NCBI GenBank assembly: GCA_002292285.1
Contig: DBBP01000002.1
Location: forward strand, 133,214 to 197,213
Direction of reading: 5' to 3'
Source of the DNA: Proteobacteria bacterium UBA981
GTDB taxonomy: Bacteria > Pseudomonadota > Gammaproteobacteria > Ga0077536
DNA: 64,000 nucleotides
The notes under the pieces are model-generated. The model did no database searches and was not told the origin of the DNA. It saw only the letters and a list, made by a program, of their open reading frames with translations. A program made the translations under genes and the position numbers. This document shows positions 49,486 through 60,693 of this stretch, piece after piece (the first letter of the stretch is position 1; the number at the start of each line of letters is the position of its first letter).

Positions 49486-52131
49486 ATGGCAGAAGCTGAC
49501 AGCGACCCGCAAGAGACACAAGAATGGCTTGAAGCTCTGGACGCGGTGATCGACGTCGAGGGGGTTGAACGCAGCCACTATCTGCTCGAGAAACTCATCG
49601 ACCAGGCACGCCGCTCGGGCGTCAACTTGCCCTACTCTGCCAAGACCGCCTACATCAACACAATCCCACCGCAACGTGAAGTCTACACACCCGGCAACCC
49701 CGAACTCGAATGGCGAATTCGTTCGATCAATCGCTGGAACGCGATGGCGATGGTGGTCAAAGCAAATCTGCACAACAGTGAACTTGGTGGTCACATAGCG
49801 AGCTACGCCAGTGCAGCTACCTTGTACGAAGTTGGTTATAACCACTTCTGGCACGCTCCCAGCGCCGACCACGGTGGTGACCTGGTGTTTTTTCAGGGCC
49901 ACTCGGCGCCTGGAATCTACGCGCGAGCGTTTTTACTCGGGCAGCTCGACGAACAGCAACTGAACAATTTTCGCCAGGAAGTCGATGGCGGCGGGCTGTC
50001 GTCGTACCCCCATCCGTGGCTGATGCCGGGCTTCTGGCAATTCCCCACAGTGTCGATGGGCCTCGGCCCAATCATGGCGATTTATCAGGCGCGCTTCATG
50101 CGCTATTTGCAGAACCGGGAACTCGTACAGAGCCCGCAACGTAAAGTCTGGGCTTTCATGGGCGACGGCGAGATGGACGAGCCGGAAGCTTTCGGCGCTG
50201 CCGCGCTGGCTTCGCGGGAGAAGCTCGACAATCTGGTCTTTGTCATCAATTGCAATTTGCAGCGCCTCGACGGTCCGGTGCGCGGCAACGGCAAAATCAT
50301 CCAGGAGCTCGAATCTGATTTTCGCGGCGCCGGTTGGAACGTGATCAAAGTCATTTGGGGTTCAGCCTGGGATCCGCTGCTGGCGAAAGACGCTAAGGGT
50401 TTGCTCCAGGACCGTATGGAAGAATGCGTCGACGGCGAATACCAGGCCTACAAAGCGTTTAACGGTGGCTACGTGCGCGAACATTTCTTCGGCAAATATC
50501 CCGAGTTGAAGGCGATGGTCGCGAGCATGAGCGACGATGATATTTGGCGCCTCAATCGCGGCGGTCACGACCCCCATAAAGTCTACGCGGCCTACGCCGA
50601 GGCGGTCGCGCACACCGGCCAACCGACCGTCATCCTGTGCAAAACCGTCAAGGGTTACGGCATGGGCGAGGCCGGCGAAGGCAAGAACATCACACACGGC
50701 CAGAAGAAGATGGGCCTTGATGCACTCAAACACTTTCGCGATCGTTTCAATATTCCGGTCGCTGACGAAATCATTGCCGACGCGCCGTACTACAAACCAG
50801 CCGAAGACAGTGACGAGATGCGCTATTTGCGCGAGCGTACTGAAGCACTCGGTGGCTTTCTGCCACAGCGTCGTACCCATGCCGAACCGCTCACGATTCC
50901 CGATATCTCGATCTTCGACAATCTCCTGGCAGGCTCAGGTGAACGTGAGTTGTCGACCACCATGGCTTTTGTGCGTCTGCTCAATGCGCTGGTCCGGAAC
51001 AAGGAAATCGGCCCGCGCGTGGTCCCCATCGTGCCGGACGAAGCGCGCACCTTTGGCATGGAAGGGATGTTCCGCCAGCTCGGAATTTATTCGGCCGTCG
51101 GGCAACTGTATGAGCCGATGGATCATGATGAATTGATGTACTACCGCGAGGACATCAAAGGACAGATCCTCGAGGAAGGCATCAACGAGGCAGGTGGCAT
51201 GTGCTCGTGGATTGCTGCGGCGACGGCCTATTCCAGTCACAACCTGCAGATGATTCCATTCTTCATCTACTACTCGATGTTTGGTTTTCAACGCATTGGT
51301 GATCTCGCCTGGGCGGCCGGCGATATGCAGGCACGCGGATTTTTGCTCGGTGGGACAGCGGGACGTACAACCCTCGCCGGCGAAGGGCTCCAGCATCAGG
51401 ACGGCCACAGTCACATTCTCGCCGCGACCATTCCTAACTGCGTCAGCTATGACCCCGCGTTTGGCTACGAACTCGCGGTCATTGTGCATTACGGCATGAA
51501 GCGCATGTTCGAGCGGCAGGAGAACGTGTTTTATTACCTCACTGTGATGAACGAAAACTATGCCCACCCCGCCATGCCGGACGGCGTTGAAGACGCGATA
51601 GTAAAAGGCATGTATCTGTTTCGCAGTGACGCTGGTGCACAGGTGCAATTGCTAGGTAGCGGCACCATTCTGCGCGAGGTGCTCGCGGCTGCGGATCTTC
51701 TGGCGGCAGATTTCGGCGTTAGCGCCAACGTCTGGAGCGTAACCAGTTTCAATGAGCTGTTACGCGACGGACTCGAGTGTTCGCGTTGGAACATGCTGCA
51801 TCCCGCCGAGGCGCCGAAAGAAAGCTATGTGACCGGTCAACTGAGCCCGCATCGCGGTCCGTGTGTCGCGGCGACGGATTACATCCGCGCTTACGCTGGG
51901 CAGATCCGGGAATACGTACCGGGGCGTTATAGCGTGCTCGGTACGGATGGATTCGGGCGCTCGGACTCGCGCGCAAAATTGCGTGCCTATTTCGAGATCG
52001 ACCGCCACTATGTTGTCGTCGCCGCCCTGAAGGCGCTCGCGGACGACGGCGATATCGATATACAGCTGGTTGCCGATGCTATCAGCCGCTATGGCATCGA
52101 CGCAGACAAACCCAACCCAATGAGTCAGTAG
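49486..52131 (+). CDS. aceE: pyruvate dehydrogenase E1 component
   Basis: 881 aa; homodimeric E1 (AceE-type) collinear along its full length, thiamine-diphosphate GDG motif region. Confidence 0.95.
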   Translation: MAEADSDPQETQEWLEALDAVIDVEGVERSHYLLEKLIDQARRSGVNLPYSAKTAYINTIPPQREVYTPGNPELEWRIRSINRWNAMAMVVKANLHNSELGGHIASYASAATLYEVGYNHFWHAPSADHGGDLVFFQGHSAPGIYARAFLLGQLDEQQLNNFRQEVDGGGLSSYPHPWLMPGFWQFPTVSMGLGPIMAIYQARFMRYLQNRELVQSPQRKVWAFMGDGEMDEPEAFGAAALASREKLDNLVFVINCNLQRLDGPVRGNGKIIQELESDFRGAGWNVIKVIWGSAWDPLLAKDAKGLLQDRMEECVDGEYQAYKAFNGGYVREHFFGKYPELKAMVASMSDDDIWRLNRGGHDPHKVYAAYAEAVAHTGQPTVILCKTVKGYGMGEAGEGKNITHGQKKMGLDALKHFRDRFNIPVADEIIADAPYYKPAEDSDEMRYLRERTEALGGFLPQRRTHAEPLTIPDISIFDNLLAGSGERELSTTMAFVRLLNALVRNKEIGPRVVPIVPDEARTFGMEGMFRQLGIYSAVGQLYEPMDHDELMYYREDIKGQILEEGINEAGGMCSWIAAATAYSSHNLQMIPFFIYYSMFGFQRIGDLAWAAGDMQARGFLLGGTAGRTTLAGEGLQHQDGHSHILAATIPNCVSYDPAFGYELAVIVHYGMKRMFERQENVFYYLTVMNENYAHPAMPDGVEDAIVKGMYLFRSDAGAQVQLLGSGTILREVLAAADLLAADFGVSANVWSVTSFNELLRDGLECSRWNMLHPAEAPKESYVTGQLSPHRGPCVAATDYIRAYAGQIREYVPGRYSVLGTDGFGRSDSRAKLRAYFEIDRHYVVVAALKALADDGDIDIQLVADAISRYGIDADKPNPMSQ

Positions 52132-52148
52132 AGGCTGGCCCCCGACAC

Positions 52149-52710
52149 ATGAGTGAAATCGAAATAAAGGTCCCGGATATCGGCGATTTCGATGTTGTCG
52201 ACGTCATTGAGGTGCTGGTCAAACCTGGCGACGTGGTTGCGCTCGAAGATCCTCTCATCACGCTCGAAAGCGACAAAGCCACCATGGACATCCCGGCACC
52301 CCAGCCTGGCGAGGTGGTGTCTATACTCGTGAGTGTGGGCGATCGGGTGGGTGAAGGGACCGTCATCATCACACTGCGCAGCGCTGCCGATGCAGCGTCG
52401 ACGGCAGTGTCGGAAAGCGCACCGTCTGCTCCCATCGCTGTTCCCTCCGCCAGCCCGGCTAGCGCGACCTTGTTTGAAGTTCGAGTACCGGACATCGGCG
52501 ACTTCGACGCTGTTGATGTGATCGAGATTATTGCCCAAGCCGGAGCAGCCGTGGCTCTGGAGGATCCATTGCTCACGCTCGAAAGCGACAAAGCGACGAT
52601 GGACATCCCGGCCCCCGCAGCCGGTATTGTTGCCAGCATTGACGTCGTCGTCGGTGACAAAGTCCGCGAAGGCGACCTTATTGCAACGCTCACTGTAGAG
52701 ACTGAAAACG
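52149..52710. repeat. internal tandem duplication encoding the two lipoyl domains of aceF
   Basis: DNA-level direct repeat: 52243-52300 (GAAGATCCTCTCATCACGCTCGAAAGCGACAAAGCCACCATGGACATCCCGGCACC) versus 52557-52614 (GAGGATCCATTGCTCACGCTCGAAAGCGACAAAGCGACGATGGACATCCCGGCCCC). Confidence 0.7.
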
Positions 52711-53711
52711 CTGCGCAACCGGCCTCGCCAGTTGAGGTTCCGCGCGCCCCTGCTTCAATCCCGAAGAGCCCCACGCGAGTCGAGACGCCGCCGCTGCCTG
52801 CCAAGTCCAATAAAGCCTACGCCAGTCCGTCCATTCGCAAGTTTGCGCGTGAACTTGGCGTCGATATCGCGCTTGTTTATGGCACCGGCAATAAGAGTCG
52901 CATCCTCAAAACCGATGTGCAGGCGCATGTCAAAGAGGTCATGCGTGGCACGCGCGGGCAGGCAGCGGGTAGTTTTGCGCTGCCCGCGGCGCCTACGATT
53001 GATTTCACTAAGTTCGGCTCGGTCGAAGTCACGCCGCTCAACAAAATCAGAAAACTCACGGGGCAGAATTTACATCGCAGCTGGATCACCGCACCGCATG
53101 TGTTCCAGATGGACGAAGCCGACATTACTGAGCTTGAAGCGTTCCGTAAATCGAAAGCCGATGAAGCCGAACAAAAAGGCGCCAAGCTGACTTTGCTAAC
53201 CTTTCTGGTCAAAGCGGTCGTTGTGGCACTGAAGAAATTTCCGGACTTTAACGCTTCGCTGTCACCGGATGGTGAAGCCCTGATTCACAAGCAGTACTTC
53301 CACATTGGCATCGCAGTGAATACCGAAAACGGATTGATGGTGCCGGTGATACGCGATGTCGACAATAAGGGGCTCTACGAGATCGCACTTGAAGTACGCG
53401 AGTTATCGACAAAAGCGCGCTCGAGAAAAATCAGCCCGGCAGAAATGCAAGGCGCGTGCTTCACGATTTCGAGTCTCGGTGGTGTCGGCGGGACGGCGTT
53501 TACGCCAATCATCAACCTGCCCGAAGTCGGCATACTCGGCATTTCGCCGTCAGCCATGAAGCCAGTCTGGCGCGGCAGCGAATTCGTCCCGCGCCTGATG
53601 CTGCCGTTCACTTTATCTTACGACCATCGCGTCATCGATGGCGTCGCGGCAGCGCAATTTACCCGCTATCTAACCACCGTGCTGGGCGATATCCGGCACA
53701 TTCTGTTGTAA
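52149..53711 (+). CDS. aceF: dihydrolipoyllysine-residue acetyltransferase (PDH E2) with two lipoyl domains
   Basis: 520 aa; two lipoyl domains (LESDKATMDIPAP twice), E3-binding domain (AYASPSIRKFARELGVD), catalytic DHRVIDG. Confidence 0.9.
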   Translation: MSEIEIKVPDIGDFDVVDVIEVLVKPGDVVALEDPLITLESDKATMDIPAPQPGEVVSILVSVGDRVGEGTVIITLRSAADAASTAVSESAPSAPIAVPSASPASATLFEVRVPDIGDFDAVDVIEIIAQAGAAVALEDPLLTLESDKATMDIPAPAAGIVASIDVVVGDKVREGDLIATLTVETENAAQPASPVEVPRAPASIPKSPTRVETPPLPAKSNKAYASPSIRKFARELGVDIALVYGTGNKSRILKTDVQAHVKEVMRGTRGQAAGSFALPAAPTIDFTKFGSVEVTPLNKIRKLTGQNLHRSWITAPHVFQMDEADITELEAFRKSKADEAEQKGAKLTLLTFLVKAVVVALKKFPDFNASLSPDGEALIHKQYFHIGIAVNTENGLMVPVIRDVDNKGLYEIALEVRELSTKARSRKISPAEMQGACFTISSLGGVGGTAFTPIINLPEVGILGISPSAMKPVWRGSEFVPRLMLPFTLSYDHRVIDGVAAAQFTRYLTTVLGDIRHILL

Positions 53712-53868
53712 CAACAGCAATTGGGGCTGGCGGCCCGAAACTAAGTTGATCTGCGCTTGAGGGCAACGGCCGGGTTGGGCTGCAATCGCAGACCAGCGAT
53801 TAGCACCTCAGCTTGAGCGGTGCCACAATGACGTCCCCCTCATTGCTCATTCGGGAGGCGCACGGCCC

Positions 53869-55074
53869 ATGCCTGCATTAACTGGTCTTAGAGTCCTTGA
53901 TCTCACCCAATGGGAGGCCGGCACGTCCTGCACCCAGGCACTGGCGTGGATGGGCGCCGATGTGGTCAAGATTGAGCCGTTCACGACGGGCGATCCAGGT
54001 CGCGGAGTTGGTGACTCGTCGGATTATTTCCTGAATTGGAACGCGAACAAACGTAGCGTCGAACTCAATCTGCGCGATCCGCGCGGTCGCCAGTTGCTAC
54101 TCGATCTCGCACCCCGCTTCGATGTATTTATCGAAAATTTTGGACCGGGGGTCGTCGAGAAGCTCAATATCGGCTACGACGTCGTGAAAGCATTACACCC
54201 GCAAATTATCTACGCGCAATTGAAGGGCTTCGGCCTCACTGGGCCCTATGCCCATTACAAATGTTTTGACATGGTCGCGCAGTCAGCCGCCGGCGCGCTT
54301 TCAGTAACCGGCGCTCCCGACGGCCCGCCGCAGCGGCCCGGCCCGACGTTGGGGGATTCAGGCACGGGGGTGCAGATGGCGCTTGCGGTCACTGCCGCCT
54401 ACGCCCAGAAACTTCGCGACGGTACCGGCCAGCACATTGAATTGTCGATGCAGGAAGCGGTCACCTACTACATGCGTTCGATGGTTGCGCTCGGGGCGGA
54501 TGGTGGCAAAGCCGTTGCGCCGCGGCTTGGCAACGATCTCGGCCCGACTATCTCTCTGCACGCGTGCAAACCATTTGGCGCTAACGATTACGTCTACGTG
54601 ATGACCGCAACAGAACCGCAGTGGGTGACGCTCTGTAAGGCGATTGGGCGGCCGGAGCTCGCCGCTGACCCGCGTTTCGCTGATGCGGACTCAAGAACAG
54701 TACATGAAGCGGAGATCAAGGCAGTGCTGGCAGCGTGGATGGCTGAACACACAAAGCACGAGTCCATGAAGATCTTGTGCGATGCGGGCGTCCCGGCCAG
54801 TGCCGTTCTCGACACCGTCGATCTGTTCGCCGACCCGCACCTGAATGAGCGTGACTTCGTCAAACGTTTGCCTGCCGACCAGGGTGACAAGGAGATCGCG
54901 TTGCTTGGGTGGCCAATACGATCGTCGTCCGGAGAGGTGCCGATCAGTCGCGCGCCGGGTCTCGGCGCACACAGCGCCGAGATTATGCGCACCGAACTCG
55001 GTTTGTCGGAAGACGAGATCGCAAACCTGCTGAACGATGGCGTCATTGGCGCGACGAGTTTAATCGGGCGCTAG
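53869..55074 (+). CDS. CoA-transferase family III (CaiB/BaiF) protein
   Basis: 401 aa; LTGLRVLDLTQWEAGTSCTQALAWMGADVVKIEP N-terminus, catalytic Asp region, typical of family III CoA-transferases. Confidence 0.8.
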   Translation: MPALTGLRVLDLTQWEAGTSCTQALAWMGADVVKIEPFTTGDPGRGVGDSSDYFLNWNANKRSVELNLRDPRGRQLLLDLAPRFDVFIENFGPGVVEKLNIGYDVVKALHPQIIYAQLKGFGLTGPYAHYKCFDMVAQSAAGALSVTGAPDGPPQRPGPTLGDSGTGVQMALAVTAAYAQKLRDGTGQHIELSMQEAVTYYMRSMVALGADGGKAVAPRLGNDLGPTISLHACKPFGANDYVYVMTATEPQWVTLCKAIGRPELAADPRFADADSRTVHEAEIKAVLAAWMAEHTKHESMKILCDAGVPASAVLDTVDLFADPHLNERDFVKRLPADQGDKEIALLGWPIRSSSGEVPISRAPGLGAHSAEIMRTELGLSEDEIANLLNDGVIGATSLIGR

Positions 55075-55121
55075 AAAAACCAATCGGCAATCGTGGCGAG
55101 CGCGCCCGCCATCCGCCGCCT

Positions 55122-56138
55122 CTAGGCCAGTTTGATTATCCGTTTACCAAGATTTTCGCCGCGATAAAGGCTCGCAATGGAATCCGGCGCGTGCTCGATA
55201 CCTTCCGCGATCTCCTCGCGGTATTGAATCAATCCATTGCGTACCCAAGGGGTCAGGGCTGCCAGCGCTTCGTGGTAGCGCGCCGCATAATCGAATATCA
55301 CGAAGCCCTGCATACGCGCGCGACGGGTCAGCAAAATGCGTTCAGCACGTGGACCGAGTGGCGCCGGGTCCCAGTTCGAAACCGACGCTGTGCCACAGAT
55401 CACCACCCGTGCGCCGACATTCAGATGGCGTAGCACGGCATCGGAAATAGCACCTGCAGTGTTATCAAAATAGACATCAACGCCGGCGGCACAAGTGGTT
55501 GTCAAGGCCGCATCAACATCTTCAGACTTGTAATCTATGGCTGCCGCGAAACCGAATTCATCGGTGCAGATCTGCTTCTTGGCTTCCCCACCCGCGATGC
55601 CAACCGTTCGACACCCCATAATGTTGGCGATTTGACCGACGCACGATCCAACCGAGCCCGCTGCCGTTGAGACGACGACGGTCTCCCCAGGACGCGGCTG
55701 TCCAACCTCCAACAGACCAAAATAGGCAGCCAGCCCGTTAATGCCAAGCACCCCGAGTGACGTCGATAAGGGCAGGTCAGGGTCCGCAACCTTGCGCTCG
55801 ATCTGTGCTGCATCAATCGTCGCGTAGTCCTGCCAACCGAACATGCCTTTGACGAACTCACCGCGCTCATAGCCGGGTAGGTTGCTCGCCTCGATTCGGC
55901 CAACCGTAAGCGAACGCATGACCTCACCAATCCCTACTGGTTGGGAGTAGTTTCCGACGTCGGCAACCCAACCGCGCATCGCCGGTTCAACGGACAGGTA
56001 CAGATTGCGCACCAGTAGTTGCTCAGTACCAGGCTGCGATATCGGACCGTCGACAATCTCGAAATGTTCCGCCTGCGGTATGCCGGTGGGACGAGATTTG
56101 AGTAAGACCTGACGATTGCCTGCAACACTCATACGCAA
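55122..56138 (-). CDS. NADP-dependent oxidoreductase (MDR superfamily, YncB/CurA/prostaglandin-reductase-like)
   Basis: 338 aa; GETVVVSTAAGSVGSCVGQIA nucleotide-binding motif, overall MDR fold. Confidence 0.8.
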   Translation of the reverse strand: MRMSVAGNRQVLLKSRPTGIPQAEHFEIVDGPISQPGTEQLLVRNLYLSVEPAMRGWVADVGNYSQPVGIGEVMRSLTVGRIEASNLPGYERGEFVKGMFGWQDYATIDAAQIERKVADPDLPLSTSLGVLGINGLAAYFGLLEVGQPRPGETVVVSTAAGSVGSCVGQIANIMGCRTVGIAGGEAKKQICTDEFGFAAAIDYKSEDVDAALTTTCAAGVDVYFDNTAGAISDAVLRHLNVGARVVICGTASVSNWDPAPLGPRAERILLTRRARMQGFVIFDYAARYHEALAALTPWVRNGLIQYREEIAEGIEHAPDSIASLYRGENLGKRIIKLA

Positions 56139-56280
56139 TAACTCCGCTTGTTGGATACGACTGCGCGCAGTCTAACCGCTAGAGGCGTGTGAGCGCAGTG
56201 AATCACAGCCCTGCCGCGTCGTTTTCTGGTCCATGGCAGTTGTTCAATCAACACGTCCGGCAGGGACAGGCCGGCGTTCC

Positions 56281-57587
56281 TTACTCCTCGCTAAGGTCGA
56301 TCTCGGTCTCCGGATGAATGCCGAGCCAGCACAACCCGGCGAGCAGACTGAGCACACCCATCACTGACAATGCAGTTTGCCAGTCGTAAGTTTGGGCGAT
56401 ATATGGCGTCAGGGTGGGTGAAACAGTGCCACCCAGATTCCCCCCCATGTTCATAAACCCGGAGATCGTCCCGGCGTACGTGCGGGATAAATCAATAGTC
56501 ACTGCCCAGAAAGACGAGACGCTCAAATACAGTGCGCCGAGGCTGAGCGACAACATCACCACGGCAATCACAGCGTCCTCAATACTCGCGCCAACCAGCA
56601 ACAACAGACCGGTCAGGGTCATGCTCACGAAGCCGAGTCCGCAGCGCCCGGCACGCTGACCGTAGCGTTGACACAAACGGTCACTCAGCCAGCCACCGAA
56701 TGGGCCGGCGACTGCGCAGGTAAGGAACGGCGCCATGGTGTAGAAGCCGCCGCTGGTCACAGAAAAGCCCCGTTCGTTAACCAGATACAAATAAAACCAT
56801 GCGAAATAAAAATACACGATGTAACCCAGCACCACGTAGGCCGCGGTCAATAGCCATAAGTCACGCGCGCCAAACAGCTTGCGCCACGGTACTTTCAGAC
56901 CGAGTGCCGCTGCTGCCCGTGTCGCCTCGGCGTCGATATCGATCAAATCACGCTCGGCCGCGTTAGTCCGCGGATGTTCAGCGGGCGTATCGGTACTCAG
57001 CCAGTACCACAGTACGGCCACCAGCACGCCGGCGGCGCCAGAAATATAGAAGGCCTCGCGCCAGCCCCAGGTGATCATGATCCAGACAATCAGCGGTGGC
57101 GTTAGCGCCGCACCCAGCGAGGTGCCGCTAATGGCGATTCCCAGGGCAAATGCACGCTCGTTGGGAGCGGCCCAGTTGGCCACGATGCGGTTGCCGTTTG
57201 GCGGGGCTGCTGCTTCGCCAAGGCCGGTCAGAATTCGCACGATTGCGAACGACCCGACGACCCCGAACATTGACGCCAGGAATAACTCACCTGCGACAGC
57301 TGTTACGGCAGTAAAAACCGACCACCAGATGATTGCCCAGGTCATCACTCGCCGAGGCCCGAACCGATCGCCGAGCCAGCCGCCCGGAATTTGTGCGAGC
57401 GCGTAACCGAGCACGAAGGCACTGAAGATCCAACCAAACTCAACTTCGCTGAGCCCGTACTCGGGCATGATGAATTTCGCGGCGATAGAAATGTTCACCC
57501 GATCGATGAACATCAGCACATAGATTAGAAATACCAGGCCAACGATCTGCCAGCGCACGCTGGTCGGTGATTGCGGTTCGGTCATTG
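56281..57587 (-). CDS. MFS transporter
   Basis: About 435 aa from the internal start MTEPQSPTSVRWQIV; 12 TM helices; MFS motif-A-like GWLGDRFGPRR. Confidence 0.75.
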
Positions 57588-57752
57588 CCAGATTCTCGTT
57601 GCGGGGCTGGACGTTGTGCTCAGTATGCGCGAGGAGCGACTGCGGCGCAGCAAAAAATGGCCCTGACCTGAACGTCGGGATAGTATCGGGTCGACACACC
57701 AGCGGCTTCGAGAGGACACGACTTCGGGTCCGGAGCACGCTGTCAACACCTT

Positions 57753-58775
57753 ATGGGGAGCCAGGCTTTGGACAATTTGGGCATCGGTATTTCTTACGAC
57801 TTTCGTAATCCACCTGACTCCGGCGTCAGTGATCAGCGCCTGTACGAAGAAATCCTGTCACAGGTGCAATGGCTAGACCAGCTGGGCGCCGATTTGGTCT
57901 GGTTCACTGAGCATCATTTCGTCGACGACGGCTATTTACCCAGTTGGGTGCCAGTTGCCGGCGCCATGGCAGCGATGACCGAACACGTCCGTTTCGGCAC
58001 CGATATTTGTCTGATGCCGTTTAATCACCCATTGCGCCTCGCCGAAGACCTCGCGGTACTCGACAACCTGTCCAATGGCCGTATCGAACTCGGTCTGGGT
58101 ATGGGCTACGCGCCGCACGAGTTCCGCGGCTTCGGCATACCGGTCAGCCACCGCGTATCGCTGACCAACGAGGGCATCGAAGTGCTGCAACATTGTTTCC
58201 GGGGTGAGCGCTTTAGTTATCACGGCAAACGCTATCAGTTCGATGACGTCAAAATAACACCCGGCTATGTTCAACCGGGCGGGCCGCCGCTGTGGATAGC
58301 TGCAATGTCTGAAGCCGGTGCCCTGCGCGCCGCTCATTACGACACCCACTTTTTGCCGCAAGGATCAGTGGAGGGGGTATTCAACCCGTGGGTGAATGCC
58401 TTGCAGAACAGCGGTCGTAAACCGGGCGATTATCGGGTCGGGGTTATTCGCAGCATTCTTGTCACCGATGACCGTGATACGGATTGGCCCATCGTACGCG
58501 CCGCCGAGCGCTACCGCATGGAACTGTACAAACGTTTTTTCAAAGAAAGCGGCGAAGGTTTTGGCGAACCCAGCGAAGCGCTACCGCAGACGTGGATTGT
58601 CGGCGACGTCGATCATTGCGTGAATGAGCTCAAGACCTTCATTAATACCTTCGGGATCACAGACATCGTCTCCATGGCCGTGCCCCCAGGGCTTCGCGCC
58701 GAGCAAATGTCGAGTAGTCTTGAACGCTTGTTTCGCGAGGTGGTTCCACGGCTGAAGGCTGAGCTCGCAGCTTGA
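57753..58775 (+). CDS. LLM-class flavin-dependent oxidoreductase (luciferase-like monooxygenase)
   Basis: 340 aa; TIM-barrel LLM signatures (LWFTEHHF, GRIELGLGMGY). Confidence 0.75.
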   Translation: MGSQALDNLGIGISYDFRNPPDSGVSDQRLYEEILSQVQWLDQLGADLVWFTEHHFVDDGYLPSWVPVAGAMAAMTEHVRFGTDICLMPFNHPLRLAEDLAVLDNLSNGRIELGLGMGYAPHEFRGFGIPVSHRVSLTNEGIEVLQHCFRGERFSYHGKRYQFDDVKITPGYVQPGGPPLWIAAMSEAGALRAAHYDTHFLPQGSVEGVFNPWVNALQNSGRKPGDYRVGVIRSILVTDDRDTDWPIVRAAERYRMELYKRFFKESGEGFGEPSEALPQTWIVGDVDHCVNELKTFINTFGITDIVSMAVPPGLRAEQMSSSLERLFREVVPRLKAELAA

Positions 58776-58842
58776 TTTCGCAATCACCAATAATCACACC
58801 GCACCGCCCGGCACAGCGACCCAGACTCAAGCCGGGGATACC

Positions 58843-60642
58843 GTGCTGATGCAGAACGCAAGCGAGGACTCGCGTGTGACTCGCTTCCAGACCATGGTCG
58901 AGATGTCAGATGGCGTGCGCCTGAACACATTCGTATTTCTTCCTGCCGCCGGCGGACCACGCTTCCCCGTCATCGTGCAACGCACCCCCTACGGCATCAC
59001 GGCGTCACAAAGCGTCGACCCGCAAGATTGCACTCGAGCCTGGCTACCGACCGCCGAGCGACCACTGGGTGGCTCAATTTTACGTGGCTGGGAGCAGATC
59101 ACAGCTCACGGTTACGCGGCGGTCTATCAGGACACGCGTGGCCGCCATGGTTCCGAGGGAGAAGATCGTGTCTACGCTGATGACGCCGACGATGGGCATC
59201 AGACATTAGCCTGGACCGCCGCGCAACCCTGGTGCAATCAGTACGTCGGCGTGTCCGGATCATCGGCCGGCGCGACCACGGCAATGGCCGCAGCGTCGCG
59301 CCGTCATCCATCCTTGCGCGCGATGTTCGTGCAGGTCGGCGGATCGAGTATTTACGACGATGTCGTCTACGAGGGCCAGTCGATTGAGCTGGAACGGCTG
59401 TGGTTGTGGGTGGGTCGCAATCTCGCCGGGCTCTCGGCACCGCATCGCGACATTGTCATGCAGCGGCTCGGATTGAGTAGCGAACAAATGGACGCCACAG
59501 CGAAGGCCGCCATGGCGCGTTGCGAGTCGCTCGAGGCTACGGTGAACGATGCGACAGCGTTTACGGACAACCCGGCGTGGATGCATTTGCCGCTATCTGG
59601 TTACCCGGACTTCAGCATCGGGCAACCGTGGCTTGATGAAATCATCACACACCCCGGCCCGGACGAATTCCGCGCGCAGCACAATTTTCGCCGCACCATC
59701 GATGTCCCCGGACTACATGCAACAACCTGGTTCGATATATTCCAGACTAGCGTGATCGCCGCTTTCAATGACATCCAGGGACGCGTCGGTAATCAGCAAT
59801 TGTGGATTGCGCCGAACGACCATTTCGCAATCTACCGTGAGAACTTCTGGCCACACGATCCGTATTTCGAATGGTTCGACCATTGGTTAAAGGGCAAGCC
59901 GAATGATCTCGTCGCCCGCCCATCGGTGCACTATAGTCCGCGTGCCTGGGTCGACGACCCCGATACTTACCAAGCCACCGATTGGCGCTACACCGAGCGC
60001 TGGCCACCCGCGGGAAGCCGCCCGGCGCGACTTTATCTGTGCAGCGACGGCAGTCTGTGCAGCGAATCGCAGGATGGCGAGCCACGCAGCTTTCGCTACG
60101 ACCCACGGCACCCTGTCACGACCTGTGGTGGGCGTAACATGCTCATAGCTGCCGGTCCGCTCGATCAAAGTTCGTTGTACGCGCACCATGACTACGGCCT
60201 CTGCTATCGCGGTTCGCCGCTCGAACGTGAGGTCACTCTGGCTGGCGAGGTTCGGGTCACCCTGAACGTGCAATCGGATTGCCCCGATACTGACTTTGTC
60301 GCCAAGTTGATTCAATGCGAGCCCGATGGCAACGCACGATTGTTGATGGATGGCGTGATACGCACCATGTATCGCGAACCAGCCTTGGGCGCGCAGCCGC
60401 TCACGGCCGGCAGCACCTGTGTCGTCACTATCCACCTTGCCCACATCTATCACACCGTGCCGGCGGGCTGCCGCATGCAAATAGACATCACCAGCAGTAA
60501 CTTCCCACGCCGTGCGCGCAACACGAATAGCGGAAATCCGGTTTTGGCATGCGATAGTCCTAGCGATATTCGGGTAGCAACCAACACCGTCCTGCATTCG
60601 AATCACAATCCGTCTTACGTGACCTTGCCGGTTCTCGCTTAA
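58843..60642 (+). CDS. CocE/NonD family hydrolase (S15 X-Pro dipeptidyl-peptidase-like alpha/beta hydrolase)
   Basis: 599 aa; nucleophile elbow GVSGSSAG, long cap and C-terminal beta-sandwich region typical of CocE/NonD. Confidence 0.75.
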   Translation: MLMQNASEDSRVTRFQTMVEMSDGVRLNTFVFLPAAGGPRFPVIVQRTPYGITASQSVDPQDCTRAWLPTAERPLGGSILRGWEQITAHGYAAVYQDTRGRHGSEGEDRVYADDADDGHQTLAWTAAQPWCNQYVGVSGSSAGATTAMAAASRRHPSLRAMFVQVGGSSIYDDVVYEGQSIELERLWLWVGRNLAGLSAPHRDIVMQRLGLSSEQMDATAKAAMARCESLEATVNDATAFTDNPAWMHLPLSGYPDFSIGQPWLDEIITHPGPDEFRAQHNFRRTIDVPGLHATTWFDIFQTSVIAAFNDIQGRVGNQQLWIAPNDHFAIYRENFWPHDPYFEWFDHWLKGKPNDLVARPSVHYSPRAWVDDPDTYQATDWRYTERWPPAGSRPARLYLCSDGSLCSESQDGEPRSFRYDPRHPVTTCGGRNMLIAAGPLDQSSLYAHHDYGLCYRGSPLEREVTLAGEVRVTLNVQSDCPDTDFVAKLIQCEPDGNARLLMDGVIRTMYREPALGAQPLTAGSTCVVTIHLAHIYHTVPAGCRMQIDITSSNFPRRARNTNSGNPVLACDSPSDIRVATNTVLHSNHNPSYVTLPVLA

Positions 60643-60693
60643 CTGACTTTGCGAGGGCAACGTCCATCTTCTCGATCCCAATCAGGAGCTACC

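Noticed and set aside
52082-52810. 242-aa and 197-aa minus-strand ORFs rich in Ser/Thr/Ala
   Set aside because: They are antisense to the aceF lipoyl-domain and linker region. The repetitive Ala/Pro linker codons read as Ser/Thr/Gly on the opposite strand.
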